Below, piece by piece: positions 32,149-43,356 of a DNA stretch of 64,000 bases. The notes below the pieces were generated by a model, which saw only the letters and a list, made by a program, of their open reading frames with translations, had not been told where the DNA came from and did no database searches. Every line of letters starts with the position of its first letter. Position 1 is the stretch's first letter. Origin of the DNA: Vicinamibacterales bacterium (GTDB taxonomy: Bacteria > Acidobacteriota > Vicinamibacteria > Vicinamibacterales > UBA2999); contig DATLLC010000042.1 in assembly GCA_035538015.1 (NCBI GenBank), positions 6,450 to 70,449 of the forward strand, written 5' to 3'. The position numbers and the translations under genes were made by a program.

Positions 32149-34833
32149 CTATGCGCTCTTCCGTTTGCGCGCCGGCCCTTTTCGCGAGCGGCCGCCCTTG
32201 ACCGAGCCGGCGCGTGCCGCGAGCAGTTCCTGTGCCTGCGCCAGCGTGAGGGCCTCGGACGCCAGGCCCTTTGGAAGCGACGCGTTCGTCGTGCCGTCCG
32301 TAACATACGGCCCGTAACGGCCGTCGAGCACGCGTACCGGCTCACCGCTCTCGGTGTGAGCGCCCAGTGCCTTCAGCTCCGTCGGTGCGGCGCGCTGCCG
32401 ACGCATCGACTTCTTCGGTTGTGCCAGCAGCTCCTTCGCGCGCTCCAGCGACACCGTATGCACATCGTCAGTGGCCTCGAGCGACCGGAATTCCGAGCCA
32501 TGCTTCACGTAGGGCCCGAACCGGCCGACGTTGGCGATGATGATCTCCCCATCGTCACCGCTTCCCAGCTCGCGTGGCAGCGAGAGCAGCTTCAGCGCGT
32601 CGGACAGGGTGATGGATTCCTCGGTGTGCTCGCGGCCCAAAGACGCGCGCCTCGGCTTTTCAGACGAGCCGCGCTCTGGAGTTTCTCCCAGCTGCACATA
32701 GGCGCCGAAGCGGCCGTGCATCACGTACACCGGGACGCCACTCTGCGGATCCGTGCCGAGTGATCTGGGTCCCTGTGCCTTGGCCTTGAGCAGCGCCAAC
32801 GCCTTTTCCAGGGTCAGATCGGCCGGCGCCAGATCGTCGGGCAGCGACGCGCGCGGCCCATCGTCGCTGGAGTCGCCGAGTTGCAGGAACGGGCCATATC
32901 GCCCGATGCGCACACGGACCGGAAGGCTCGACTCCGGATCGCTGCCGACATCGACCACCGGGTAGCCGATGGCCTGTCCCTTGTCCTCGACCAGGTTCTC
33001 GAGCCCGTGGTGCTTGCCGTCACCGCGGTAGAACTCCTGGATGAAGTCGAGCCAGTCGCGCTCGCCGTTCGAGATGCGATCGAGGATCTCCTCCATCTCC
33101 GCCGTGAACCCGATGTCCACGTAGTCGCCGAAATGCTCCCGGAGCAGGCGCGTCACGGCAAAGGCGGTGAAGCTGGGGACGAGCGCCTTGCCCTGACGAG
33201 ACACGTACCCGCGACGCTGAATGGTGGCGACGGTAGGCGCATACGTGGACGGCCGGCCGATGCCTTCCTCTTCGAGGCGCTTCACCAACGAGGCTTCCGT
33301 GTAGCGTGCGGGCGGCGTGGTCTCGTGGCCCTTCGATTCCACCTTCACGGCGATGACGTCGGCGTCCACCTGATCGGGGGCCTGCACACGATCGCCCACG
33401 GTGAGCTTCGGCAACAGCGTCTCCTGCTCGTCGAGCTCCGCGGCCGGGTCGTCGCTCCCCTCGACGTAGGCGCGCAGGTAGCCCGCAAACTCGATGGCCT
33501 TGCCGCGGGCGGTGAAGACGCCTTCCTCCCCGCCCGGCGTCCGCCCGGTGATCTCCACCGTCGTGCGCTGCAGGCGGGCTTCGGCCATCTGCGACGCAAT
33601 CGCGCGCTTCCAGATGAGCTCGTAGACGCGCAGTTCGTCGCTCTCGAGCACGGCTTCGAGTGACTGCGCCGTTCGGCGGAAGTCGGTCGGGCGAATCGCC
33701 TCGTGTGCTTCCTGGGCGTTGCGCACCTTGGTCTGATACTGCCGAGGGCCTCTGTAGTAGTCCGCACCGTACATGTCGCGCACGGCCTGGCCGGCCTCGC
33801 CGAGCGCCTTGTCGCTGAGCGTGGTGGAGTCGGTGCGGTGGTAGGAAATCAGGCCTTCCAGGTCCCCACCGCCGATGTCCACGCCCTGGAACAGGCGCTG
33901 CGCCACCTGCATCGTTCTTTCGGCCGAGAAGCCGAACTTGCGATTGGCCTCCTGCTGAAGCGTCGAGGTGGTGAAGGGCGGCGCCGGGCGTTGTGTGAAG
34001 GGCTTTTCCTCGACGCCTGTAATGGTCCAGGGCAGCCCGCGCATCAGGCCTTCGCGAAGCGCGTTGGTTTCGACGTCGGTCCGCAGGTGCCGCACGCGCC
34101 CGCCGCCGAGCTCGCCCTTGCTGTCGAAGTCCTTGCCCGTGGCGACGCGCTCGCCGGCCACACGCACCAGCGTCGCCCCGAAGTCGCGGCCCTCGGCCCT
34201 CAGCGTCGCTTCGATGTCCCAGTAGGCGGCCGAGCGGAAGGCCATCCGCTCTTCCTCGCGCTCGACGATGAGCCGCACGGCCACGCTCTGCACGCGTCCC
34301 GCGCTCAGGCCGGTCTGCACCTTCTTCCAGAGCACTGGCGACAGCGTATAGCCGTAGAGTCGATCGAGGATGCGCCGGCTCTCCTGCGCCCGCACCAGGT
34401 TCTCGTCGACGTCCTCGTGTGCTTCCGCGAGCGCGTGCTTGATGGCCTCTTCCGTAATCTCGTGGAACACGATCCGCCGGACCTTCACCTTCGGCTTGAG
34501 GATCTGCTTGAGGTGCCAGCTGATCGACTCCCCCTCGCGGTCCGGGTCGGTGGCGAGGATGACTTCCGACGCATCCTTGAGCGCGGCTTTGAGGGCGGTG
34601 ACGTATTTCTTCTTGTCGGCGGGGACGACGTAGTACGGCGTGAACTCACCCTCGGTGTCGACCCCGAGCCGCCCCCAGGGCTTGCCCTTGATCTCCTTGG
34701 GCACCTCCGCGGCCGATTCGGGCAAGTCGCGCACGTGGCCATAGCTGGCCTCGACTCGGTAGTTGTTGCCGAGAAAACGCGCGAGTGTCCGGGCCTTGGC
34801 CGGTGATTCGACGATGACGAGTGGCTTGGCCAT
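32149..34833 (-). CDS. topA: DNA topoisomerase I
   Basis: 894 aa. TOPRIM start (LVIVESPAKARTLARFLG), active-site region (SYHRTDST), and a long C-terminal repeat region. Confidence 0.97.
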   Translation of the reverse strand: MAKPLVIVESPAKARTLARFLGNNYRVEASYGHVRDLPESAAEVPKEIKGKPWGRLGVDTEGEFTPYYVVPADKKKYVTALKAALKDASEVILATDPDREGESISWHLKQILKPKVKVRRIVFHEITEEAIKHALAEAHEDVDENLVRAQESRRILDRLYGYTLSPVLWKKVQTGLSAGRVQSVAVRLIVEREEERMAFRSAAYWDIEATLRAEGRDFGATLVRVAGERVATGKDFDSKGELGGGRVRHLRTDVETNALREGLMRGLPWTITGVEEKPFTQRPAPPFTTSTLQQEANRKFGFSAERTMQVAQRLFQGVDIGGGDLEGLISYHRTDSTTLSDKALGEAGQAVRDMYGADYYRGPRQYQTKVRNAQEAHEAIRPTDFRRTAQSLEAVLESDELRVYELIWKRAIASQMAEARLQRTTVEITGRTPGGEEGVFTARGKAIEFAGYLRAYVEGSDDPAAELDEQETLLPKLTVGDRVQAPDQVDADVIAVKVESKGHETTPPARYTEASLVKRLEEEGIGRPSTYAPTVATIQRRGYVSRQGKALVPSFTAFAVTRLLREHFGDYVDIGFTAEMEEILDRISNGERDWLDFIQEFYRGDGKHHGLENLVEDKGQAIGYPVVDVGSDPESSLPVRVRIGRYGPFLQLGDSSDDGPRASLPDDLAPADLTLEKALALLKAKAQGPRSLGTDPQSGVPVYVMHGRFGAYVQLGETPERGSSEKPRRASLGREHTEESITLSDALKLLSLPRELGSGDDGEIIIANVGRFGPYVKHGSEFRSLEATDDVHTVSLERAKELLAQPKKSMRRQRAAPTELKALGAHTESGEPVRVLDGRYGPYVTDGTTNASLPKGLASEALTLAQAQELLAARAGSVKGGRSRKGPARKRKSA

Positions 34834-34852
34834 TAGGTGGTCGTTGAACAGC

Positions 34853-35734
34853 CTACGTTAGCACGCGGCTTCCAACCCGCAGGAATCTGGCGGATCCAAT
34901 GCGCCGGATCTCGCCTGTCAGCTCCTGCTGAAGCAACCGCGCCAGGACCGCCTGCGGCAGTTCGCCGGTTTCTCGAACCACATCATCCAGTGTGAACTCA
35001 GTCAGCTCGGGGGACGCGGCCGAGCCTGGATCCAGGCGCGCACGTGACGCGGCCCAGCCCATCTCGAGCAGGATGTCATCCGCCGTCTCGACCAGAGTGG
35101 CGCCGTCCCTGATGAGCAGGTGGCCGCCCCGGTTACACTGACCCGCAACCCGCCCCGGCACGACCATCACGTCCTTGCCCTGATCGAGCGCCATGCCGGC
35201 GGTGATGAGAGCGCCACTCTTCTCGGGAGCTTCGACCACCACCACGGCATCGGACAAGCCGCTGACGAGGCGATTGCGGCGAGGAAAGAGGCCGGCTTGC
35301 GGCGGCGTGTCCGGTGGGTACTCCGAGATCACGGCGCCCGATGCAAGCATCCGCTCGGCCAGGCTTTCATGCTCGGCCGGGTAGAGACGCTGCAGGCCCG
35401 AGCCGAGCACCGCGATGGTCCGGCCCCCGGCATCAAGAGCTGCCCGATGCGCGGCCGCGTCGATCCCGCGCGCCAGTCCGCTGACCACCACCACGCCTGC
35501 CCGTGCGAGGCCGTCGGCGATGCGTCGCGCGGCTTCGAGCCCGTCGCGCGTCGCGGCACGTGAGCCGACCACGGCGATCGAGGGCTCGTCCATCCTTGGC
35601 AGGTGGCCGGGCTCGCCGCGTATCCAGAGGACGGCCGGCGGATCGGGAATGCAGGTCAGTCGGAGGGGAAAAGCGATCGCGCCGTTGGCAAGACAGAGGT
35701 CCTTCATGTACCCGACAGCTCCTGCCGGCGTCAT
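34853..35734 (-). CDS. dprA: DNA-processing protein DprA (Smf)
   Basis: 293 aa. Rossmann-like DprA core (IAVVGSRAATRDG...VVVSGLARGIDAAAH...VVVVEAPEKSGALITA). It lacks the long N-terminal SAM domain of some homologues. Confidence 0.9.
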   Translation of the reverse strand: MTPAGAVGYMKDLCLANGAIAFPLRLTCIPDPPAVLWIRGEPGHLPRMDEPSIAVVGSRAATRDGLEAARRIADGLARAGVVVVSGLARGIDAAAHRAALDAGGRTIAVLGSGLQRLYPAEHESLAERMLASGAVISEYPPDTPPQAGLFPRRNRLVSGLSDAVVVVEAPEKSGALITAGMALDQGKDVMVVPGRVAGQCNRGGHLLIRDGATLVETADDILLEMGWAASRARLDPGSAASPELTEFTLDDVVRETGELPQAVLARLLQQELTGEIRRIGSARFLRVGSRVLT

Positions 35735-35790
35735 GACCTCCGAACATCCAGCCTACACCCGAAGCGGTTTGGATGCGCCAGGCAAATCGC

Positions 35791-35819
35791 TTGATGCACC
35801 TGGGGGCTGTCGCTATAGT
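35791..35819 (+). promoter_or_regulatory. Candidate sigma-70 promoter (TTGATG-17 nt-TATAGT) for the TPR gene
   Basis: -35 at 35791-96, a 17-nt spacer, and -10 at 35814-19. The ATG is at 35834, implying a very short leader. Confidence 0.4.
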
Positions 35820-35833
35820 GGCGAAAGAGAGCC

Positions 35834-36196
35834 ATGCCTGCCCGCCTCCTGACGCTCGCGTTAGCCGTCCTCATCGCCACGGCGGGTCCCGCCTGGGCAC
35901 AGCAGCGAGGACAGGCCAAGGAGCAGGTCGAATTTGGTGTCCAGGTGGCGCAGCGCGGTCTCTGGCGTGAGGCGATCTACCGTTGGGAACGCGCCACCCA
36001 GCTGGATCCCACCTACGCTGCCGCGTTCAACAACCTTGCGGTGGCTTATGAGCAGGAAGGGCAGCTGGACAAGGCGCGGGCCGCGTACGAGAAGGCCGTC
36101 GCCCTCGAGCCGAACAACTCGCTCATCAAGCAGAATTTCGACCTGTTCAAGGAACTCAATGATCGAGCGGCTCAGAAAGACGGTCGTCAGCCTTAG
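35834..36196 (+). CDS. Secreted TPR-repeat protein
   Basis: 120 aa. Signal MPARLLTLALAVLIATAGPAWA and TPR-like repeats (AAFNNLAVAYEQEGQLDKARAAYEKAVALEPNN). Confidence 0.75.
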   Translation: MPARLLTLALAVLIATAGPAWAQQRGQAKEQVEFGVQVAQRGLWREAIYRWERATQLDPTYAAAFNNLAVAYEQEGQLDKARAAYEKAVALEPNNSLIKQNFDLFKELNDRAAQKDGRQP

Positions 36197-36986
36197 CCTG
36201 GTGGCCGGCGCGCTGGCCTCCGGCTGCGGGGGCGGCGGCTACGTCGAGATTCCGATTCAGACGCCGATAGCGCCAAAGCTGGATATCTCGCCGTTCCAGC
36301 GGGTGTACGTGGCGGGCTTCCTGGCCGGCGCCAACGACGACGTCGACGCCAACATGGAGACGGTGCGGCTGCTGCGAAGCCAGCTGCGCAACAAGAATGT
36401 TCTGCGGGTCGTGGACGCCGATACCGTTCCGCTCGCCGAGCGCGCGCTCGAGGAGGCCGGTGCGCCCGAAGCCGCTTCGGCCGCCGCGGCGCCCCCTCCG
36501 GCGCCCGCCGAAAATGCTCCGGTCACCGAGGCGCCCGACGGCCAGCTGCCGGCGGTGCAGCAGGAGAGCGATCTCGATCGCTATGCCAAGGTCTTCGACG
36601 ACAAGGAATACTGGAAGCAGATCGGCGACGAGCACGAGCAGGCGCTGATCGTGACTGGTTCGGTGCTCTTCGTACCCCATGCCCGGTCAGGGTTCGTGCA
36701 GCGCGAGCAGGAGACCTACGACTCGTTCGGACGCCGGGTGGTGGTCCCGACCCGCAGCTACATGGAGCGCAAGGGCTACATCCTGCGCCCGACTTTCGTG
36801 TTCATCGACGGGCGCACCGGCGAGCAGCTATACAGCGAGTCGTTCCGGGAGGAAATCCTCTACAACTCCAACCAGCAGACCCCGGCCCTCTCGTCCTATT
36901 TCGAGCTCATGGACCGGCTGCTTCCGACCTTCCTCAACACGTTGAGTGCACAGAAGATACGTGGAAATCGGGTGCTCTTGAAGTAG
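36159..36986 (+). CDS. Hypothetical lipoprotein
   Basis: The true start MIERLRKTVVSLSLVAGALASGC (lipobox) lies inside the ORF-track 35934..36986. It overlaps the TPR gene end by 38 nt. No known domain recognised. Confidence 0.6.
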   Translation: MIERLRKTVVSLSLVAGALASGCGGGGYVEIPIQTPIAPKLDISPFQRVYVAGFLAGANDDVDANMETVRLLRSQLRNKNVLRVVDADTVPLAERALEEAGAPEAASAAAAPPPAPAENAPVTEAPDGQLPAVQQESDLDRYAKVFDDKEYWKQIGDEHEQALIVTGSVLFVPHARSGFVQREQETYDSFGRRVVVPTRSYMERKGYILRPTFVFIDGRTGEQLYSESFREEILYNSNQQTPALSSYFELMDRLLPTFLNTLSAQKIRGNRVLLK

Positions 36987-37048
36987 GGCACGGCCGGGAG
37001 GCGCCGCTGCTGGTCACGTGGTCCTGAACGGGTCCGGCGAAGCCGCTG

Positions 37049-37057
37049 TGCTAGAAT
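37049..37057 (+). promoter_or_regulatory. Candidate extended -10 promoter (TGcTAGAAT) of the rplU-rpmA operon
   Basis: Read directly, 64 nt upstream of the rplU GTG. No convincing -35 element. Confidence 0.4.
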
Positions 37058-37068
37058 CAGTGGTTCCT

Positions 37069-37096
37069 GCGCCTTGCGGGCACGCATGCAAGGCGC
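37069..37096 (+). promoter_or_regulatory. 5'-leader stem-loop upstream of rplU (9-bp perfect stem GCGCCTTGC/GCAAGGCGC, 10-nt loop)
   Basis: Perfect inverted repeat at 37069-77 / 37088-96, located between the candidate promoter and the GGAGAG RBS. Confidence 0.4.
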
Positions 37097-37120
37097 TCCC
37101 ATTTCGAGCGGAGAGATACC

Positions 37121-37435
37121 GTGTTTGCCATCATCAAGGCCTCGGGCCGCCAGTTCCGCGTCGAGCCCGGCGCGATCATTGCCGTTGACGGACATACCGG
37201 CGAAGCTGGTGCCCCGGTTTCCTTCGACCAGGTGCTGCTCGTCGGCAAGGACGCCGGCGAAGTCCTCACCGGCACGCCCTTCGTGGACGGCGCCAAGGTC
37301 GTCGGCGTGATCGACCGCACCGACAAGGGCAAGAAGGTCCGCGTGTTCAAGAAGAAGCGCCGCAAGCAGTACCGTCGCACTCAGGGCCATCGCAGCCTGC
37401 TGACGCGCGTGCGCATCACCGACATCCAGGCGTAG
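37121..37435 (+). CDS. rplU: 50S ribosomal protein L21
   Basis: [17 protein letters not shown]..., 104 aa, GTG start, GGAGAG RBS. Confidence 0.95.
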   Translation: MFAIIKASGRQFRVEPGAIIAVDGHTGEAGAPVSFDQVLLVGKDAGEVLTGTPFVDGAKVVGVIDRTDKGKKVRVFKKKRRKQYRRTQGHRSLLTRVRITDIQA

Positions 37436-37439
37436 GACC

Positions 37440-37697
37440 ATGGCCACAAAAAAAGGACAGGGCAGCTCTCGCAACGGACGCGACTCGAACTCTCAGCGCC
37501 TCGGCGTGAAGCGCTTCGACGGGAACCTCGTGACCGGTGGATCGATTCTCGTCCGCCAGCGCGGCCGGAAGTACAAGCCGGGGCAGAACGTCGGCCTGGG
37601 CAAGGATGACACGTTGTTCGCCAAGGTTCCGGGGCGCGTGAAGTTCGAGGACCACGGCTCGCGTGGCCGGTTCGTCTCGATTCACCCGGTCGAGTAG
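37440..37697 (+). CDS. rpmA: 50S ribosomal protein L27
   Basis: [28 protein letters not shown]..., 85 aa. Confidence 0.97.
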   Translation: MATKKGQGSSRNGRDSNSQRLGVKRFDGNLVTGGSILVRQRGRKYKPGQNVGLGKDDTLFAKVPGRVKFEDHGSRGRFVSIHPVE

Positions 37698-39442
<1,745 letters not shown>

Positions 39443-39493
39443 TGGCCGGTTCACCGCGTACGCCCCGCAGCCGAATCCTGGAGACCGGATTGC

Positions 39494-39916
39494 ATGACTC
39501 AGCCCAGCCCTCGACCGTCACGTAGGACGTCCGCCAGGACCGCCGGCGCCAGCCGGCCGCGGCTGCCGAAGCCGGTGCAGATGGCGGTGGACGCCGCAAC
39601 GGGCAAGAAAGGGCTGGACGTCGTGGTGCTGGACCTGCGAAAGAGCGACGCGTTCACCGACTTCTTCGTGATCGCGACGGGGGCCAGCCCGCGGCAGGTG
39701 CATGCGATTGCCGATGGCGTGGAGATGGCGCTCAAGGGCGCGAACGTGCGCCCGTCGAACGTGGAGGGCTCGAAGCGCGCCGAGTGGGTGCTGCTCGACT
39801 ACTTCGACTTCGTCGTGCACGTCTTCTCGCCGTCGGCCCGCGCGTTCTACGGGCTGGAGCGCCTGTGGGCGACGGCCAGGCACATCTCGATCGACGACAG
39901 CCCCGCCGACTCCTGA
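39494..39916 (+). CDS. rsfS: Ribosome silencing factor RsfS (iojap family)
   Basis: 140 aa. LDVVVLDLRK...TDFFVIATGASPRQVHAIAD...WVLLDYFDFVVHVF. Confidence 0.9.
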   Translation: MTQPSPRPSRRTSARTAGASRPRLPKPVQMAVDAATGKKGLDVVVLDLRKSDAFTDFFVIATGASPRQVHAIADGVEMALKGANVRPSNVEGSKRAEWVLLDYFDFVVHVFSPSARAFYGLERLWATARHISIDDSPADS

Positions 39917-39937
39917 CACGGCATCCGGGACACGGCG

Positions 39938-40702
39938 ATGAGCCGGTGGCGCAGCTGGGCGAACCAGGCGCTGGCAGGGCTCTTCGCACCGGCCTGCGTG
40001 GCCTGTCAGGAACCGCTGGCCCACCCGACCGAGGGCGCCGTCTGTGCGGCCTGCTGGGATCGTCTGTCCCGCTTCACGCCGCCCGTGTGCGCGACGTGCG
40101 GCATCCCGTTGCCGTCGTGGCGGCGCTCGTGCCTGGATGCGGGCCGCTGCGCCCGGTGCCGCCGCCGAGCGACCGTGTTGACGCGCCAGGCCGCCATCGG
40201 GCCGCACGAGGGCGTGCTCCGCAGCGTCGTGCACGCCCTCAAGTACGACGCGCGCCTGTCGACCGCCGCGCCGCTGGCGGCGTCCATGCGCGTCGCCGGC
40301 GCCGACCTGTTGCGCGATGCCCATACGGTGGTGCCGGTGCCCTTGCATCGCGTCCGGGCGTGGTCCCGCGGCTTCAACCAGGCGGCGCTGCTCGCCCGGC
40401 ACCTGGGCCCACCGGCGTATCCCCTCCTGGCACGGACCCGCGCCACGCCGCCGGCAGGCTCACCTGCGGCGGCGAGACGGCACCGGAACGTGCGTGAAGC
40501 GTTTGCCGCCAGGCGCTGTATCGTCGATCGCGTCGTGCGGGCCACGTCGATCCCCGTCGCGGACCTGATTGTCGTGCTCGTCGATGATGTCTGCACGACC
40601 GGCGCCACGCTCGATGCGTGTGGCCGGGCGCTGCGGGCGGTGGGTGTCGGCGAGGTCCGGGCCCTTACGGCGTCGCGAGTCGTGACCGGACCTCGCGGAT
40701 GA
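39938..40702 (+). CDS. comF: ComF family protein (phosphoribosyltransferase domain, N-terminal Cys-rich zinc ribbon)
   Basis: CVACQEPL...CAACWDRL, then CATCGIPL...CARC, and the PRTase motif VLVDDVCTTGATL. Confidence 0.85.
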   Translation: MSRWRSWANQALAGLFAPACVACQEPLAHPTEGAVCAACWDRLSRFTPPVCATCGIPLPSWRRSCLDAGRCARCRRRATVLTRQAAIGPHEGVLRSVVHALKYDARLSTAAPLAASMRVAGADLLRDAHTVVPVPLHRVRAWSRGFNQAALLARHLGPPAYPLLARTRATPPAGSPAAARRHRNVREAFAARRCIVDRVVRATSIPVADLIVVLVDDVCTTGATLDACGRALRAVGVGEVRALTASRVVTGPRG

Positions 40703-41261
40703 CATGGTCCGCCACCGCCTCCACCGGCTGCTGCCCGTCGATCAGGAGCCAATCCGGCGCTTCGGCCTGGCGCTGGTAGCTCGCCCGCACCCGGGACAAG
40801 AGCGGCAGGTCACGCTCGAACTTGTCGCGCGCCGCCTGCTTGCGCTGCAGCGACACCTGAGGCGGAATGTCGAGGACGATGGTGAAGGTGGGGCGTGGCA
40901 GGTGGCGCTGCACATCCCGCAGCCACACCGGGTCGAGGCCCTGCGCCTCGCCGTAGGCGATGCTCGAAGCGAGGTAGCGGTCGCAGATGACGATGGCGCC
41001 AGCGGCGACCCACTCGAGCACGCGCGGGCGGAACTCGTAGCGATTGGCGATGTAGAGCAGCTGCAGCGTGTCCGCCTCGTATTGGCGCTCGCCTTGCAGC
41101 GCCTTCCCGATCTCGGTCCCGATCGCGGTCTGGTACTCAGGGAACGACAGGAACTCGACCCGCCTCCCCTCGGCACGGAGGCCGGCGGCGAGCCGTTCCG
41201 ACTGCGTTTGCTTGCCGCTCTGATCGAGGCCTTCGAAGGCGAGGACGTGTCCCTGCATCAT
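40665..41261 (-). CDS. tmk: dTMP (thymidylate) kinase
   Basis: 198 aa. The P-loop reads FEGLDQSGKQTQ, with a DRY-like motif (CDRYLASS). Confidence 0.92.
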   Translation of the reverse strand: MMQGHVLAFEGLDQSGKQTQSERLAAGLRAEGRRVEFLSFPEYQTAIGTEIGKALQGERQYEADTLQLLYIANRYEFRPRVLEWVAAGAIVICDRYLASSIAYGEAQGLDPVWLRDVQRHLPRPTFTIVLDIPPQVSLQRKQAARDKFERDLPLLSRVRASYQRQAEAPDWLLIDGQQPVEAVADHVIREVRSRLATP

Positions 41262-41295
41262 GTCTGGCTGGATCCGCAGATTCCCCGGTCGTCGG

Positions 41296-42546
41296 TCACT
41301 CCGACTCGAGAGCGAGCATGTCCTCGAGCGTCTGACGGCGGCGGATCACGCGCCAGTTGCCGCCATCGACCAGCACCTCGGGCGGCAGGGGCCGGCGCAG
41401 GTAGTTGGACCCCATGACCGCGCTGTAAGCGCCGCAATCGCGGATGACGACGAGGTCGCCCACCTCCATCGGAGGCAGGATGCGGTCGCGCGCGAAGGTA
41501 TCGGTGCTTTCGCAAATCGGTCCGACCACGTCGCAGGCGATCGGCGTGCCGGGCCGATCGTGCACCGCCTCGATGCGATGGAACGCACCGTAGAGCGCCG
41601 GGCGCATCAATTCGGTCATGCCGGCGTCGAGCACCACGAACCGCTTGGCGCCGGGCAGGTGCTTCACGTCCACGACCCGCGCCAGCAACATGCCGGCGGC
41701 GCCGACCAGCACGCGGCCGGGCTCGATCGCGAGCTTCAATCCGCTGCGCCCGGCAGTCGCCACGATGCGGCGGACGTATTCTTCCGCATCGGGGGCCGGT
41801 CCGCCGTCGTAGGCGATGCCGACTCCCCCGCCGAAGTCGAGGTGCTCGATGGCCAGGCCGTCGCCGCGGAGCGCCTGGGCGAGGGCGACGACCGCTTCGG
41901 CGGCGCGCTGGAGCGGATCGAGCGACGTGATCTGCGATCCGATGTGAACGTGGATGCCGACGGCGCGCAGCGACGGGCGCTCGGCGATGGCGCGGAACAG
42001 GGACGGGGCCATGTCGATCGGCACGCCGAACTTGTTGTCCTTGAGGCCGGTCGAGATGTGCGGATGGCTTAGTGCGTCGATGTCGGGATTCACCCGCAGG
42101 GCCACGCGTGCGACGGCGCCGCGGTCGGCGGCCAGGTGCGCGAGCCGATCGAGCTCGCCCGGCGATTCCACGTTGATGGCGAGCAGGTCGAGCGCGATCG
42201 CCCGTTCCAGCTCGTCTCCGCGCTTGCCCACCCCCGTGAAGACGATCTCGTCCGGCCGGAAGCCGCAGCGCAGGGCGACCTCGACTTCGCCCATCGAATT
42301 GGCGTCTGCGGCGCTGCCAAGCGCCCGCACGAGACGAACGATGGCCAGGGCGGAGTTGGCCTTGAGCGCGTAATGGATCGCGTGGGGTGCCGTCCCGAAA
42401 GCGGCGTCGAGCCGATGGTAGGCCGATCGCAGGACGTCGGCGTTGTAGACGTAGGCGGGGGTGCCGACCGCCGCGGCGATCGCCTCGATCACCGGGGGCT
42501 CGGCCACCGCTGCGCCGCGCGTCTGCGCGTCGCGTGAGACACTCAT
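41296..42546 (-). CDS. lysA: Diaminopimelate decarboxylase
   Basis: 416 aa from MSVSRDAQ. GTPAYVYNADVLRSAY, PLP lysine context (YALKANS), and the C-terminal CESTD motif (GPICESTD). Confidence 0.93.
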   Translation of the reverse strand: MSVSRDAQTRGAAVAEPPVIEAIAAAVGTPAYVYNADVLRSAYHRLDAAFGTAPHAIHYALKANSALAIVRLVRALGSAADANSMGEVEVALRCGFRPDEIVFTGVGKRGDELERAIALDLLAINVESPGELDRLAHLAADRGAVARVALRVNPDIDALSHPHISTGLKDNKFGVPIDMAPSLFRAIAERPSLRAVGIHVHIGSQITSLDPLQRAAEAVVALAQALRGDGLAIEHLDFGGGVGIAYDGGPAPDAEEYVRRIVATAGRSGLKLAIEPGRVLVGAAGMLLARVVDVKHLPGAKRFVVLDAGMTELMRPALYGAFHRIEAVHDRPGTPIACDVVGPICESTDTFARDRILPPMEVGDLVVIRDCGAYSAVMGSNYLRRPLPPEVLVDGGNWRVIRRRQTLEDMLALESE

Positions 42547-42756
42547 CAGCCCGAGATCATAGCGCGGGTATGCGGCCGGAGGCCCTGGGTTTTCGTGGTA
42601 TTCTGGCCCCGCCTGCCGGGGGATTTCAGCCCCACGGTTCACTCGAGTTGAGGATGCCATCAGCCCGCACTCTCCGCCGCTTGCGCCCGGTGCCGTCGAC
42701 GCCGCGGGCGGTTGGACTCGCCACTCGAGCGCACTGAGGGGTTGGATCCGCGCCTC

Positions 42757-43356
42757 ATGCCAGATCCGTCACCGGTTCCCACGGACGCCATCGATGCGTT
42801 GATCCAACGCTGCCTGGCCGGCGATCAGCAGGCGTGGGAGGAGATCGTCAGGCAGCACCGCCGGAAGGTGTTCAACATCGCCTACAAGTTCACCGGCAAG
42901 CACGACGAGGCCGAGGACCTGACGCAGGACATCTTCCTCAAGATCTTCAAGTCGCTGCACACCTTCGATCGGCGCGCCAATTTCCAGACGTGGCTGGTCA
43001 GCGTGTCGCGCAACCTGTGCATCGATCACTACCGCAGCGTGCGCAAGGAGCGCGAGACCATCGATCGTGATGTCGATGCCGGAGAGCTGATGCCCGCCGC
43101 GTCGACCCCGAGTGCCTATGCCGAGCTCGAGCAGCGCGGCCGGGTCGAGCTGCTGCGCCGCGCCCTGGCGGAGCTGCAGCCGACGCTGCGCAGTGCCGTC
43201 ATGCTGCGTGACATCCAGGAGCTCTCCTACCAGGAAATCGCCGACCGGCTACAGCTGCCGGAAGGCACCGTCAAGTCCCGCATCAACCGCGGCCGAACCG
43301 AACTGGCGCGCCAGATCCAGCGGCTGCGCGATGAACTCGAAGGGGTACGAGGATGA
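42757..43356 (+). CDS. ECF-type sigma-70 family RNA polymerase sigma factor
   Basis: Region 2 (EDLTQDIFLKIFKSLHTF...FQTWLVSVSRNLCIDHYR) and region 4 (LSYQEIADRLQLPEGTVKSRINRGR). I prefer the ATG at 42757; the ORF-track TTG at 42712 is possible. Confidence 0.88.
   Translation: MPDPSPVPTDAIDALIQRCLAGDQQAWEEIVRQHRRKVFNIAYKFTGKHDEAEDLTQDIFLKIFKSLHTFDRRANFQTWLVSVSRNLCIDHYRSVRKERETIDRDVDAGELMPAASTPSAYAELEQRGRVELLRRALAELQPTLRSAVMLRDIQELSYQEIADRLQLPEGTVKSRINRGRTELARQIQRLRDELEGVRG

Noticed and set aside
35781-35796. Second sigma-54-like sequence aGGCAaatcgcTTGAt upstream of the TPR gene
   Set aside because: The invariant -12 GC is replaced by GA. The same region is better explained by a near-consensus sigma-70 promoter (TTGATG-17-TATAGT).
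42547-42756. Looked for a lysine riboswitch (L-box) in the lysA 5' region and for regulatory RNA in the lysA/sigma divergent spacer
   Set aside because: I could not find the conserved L-box core elements or a convincing multi-stem structure by eye. A covariance-model scan would be needed to be certain.
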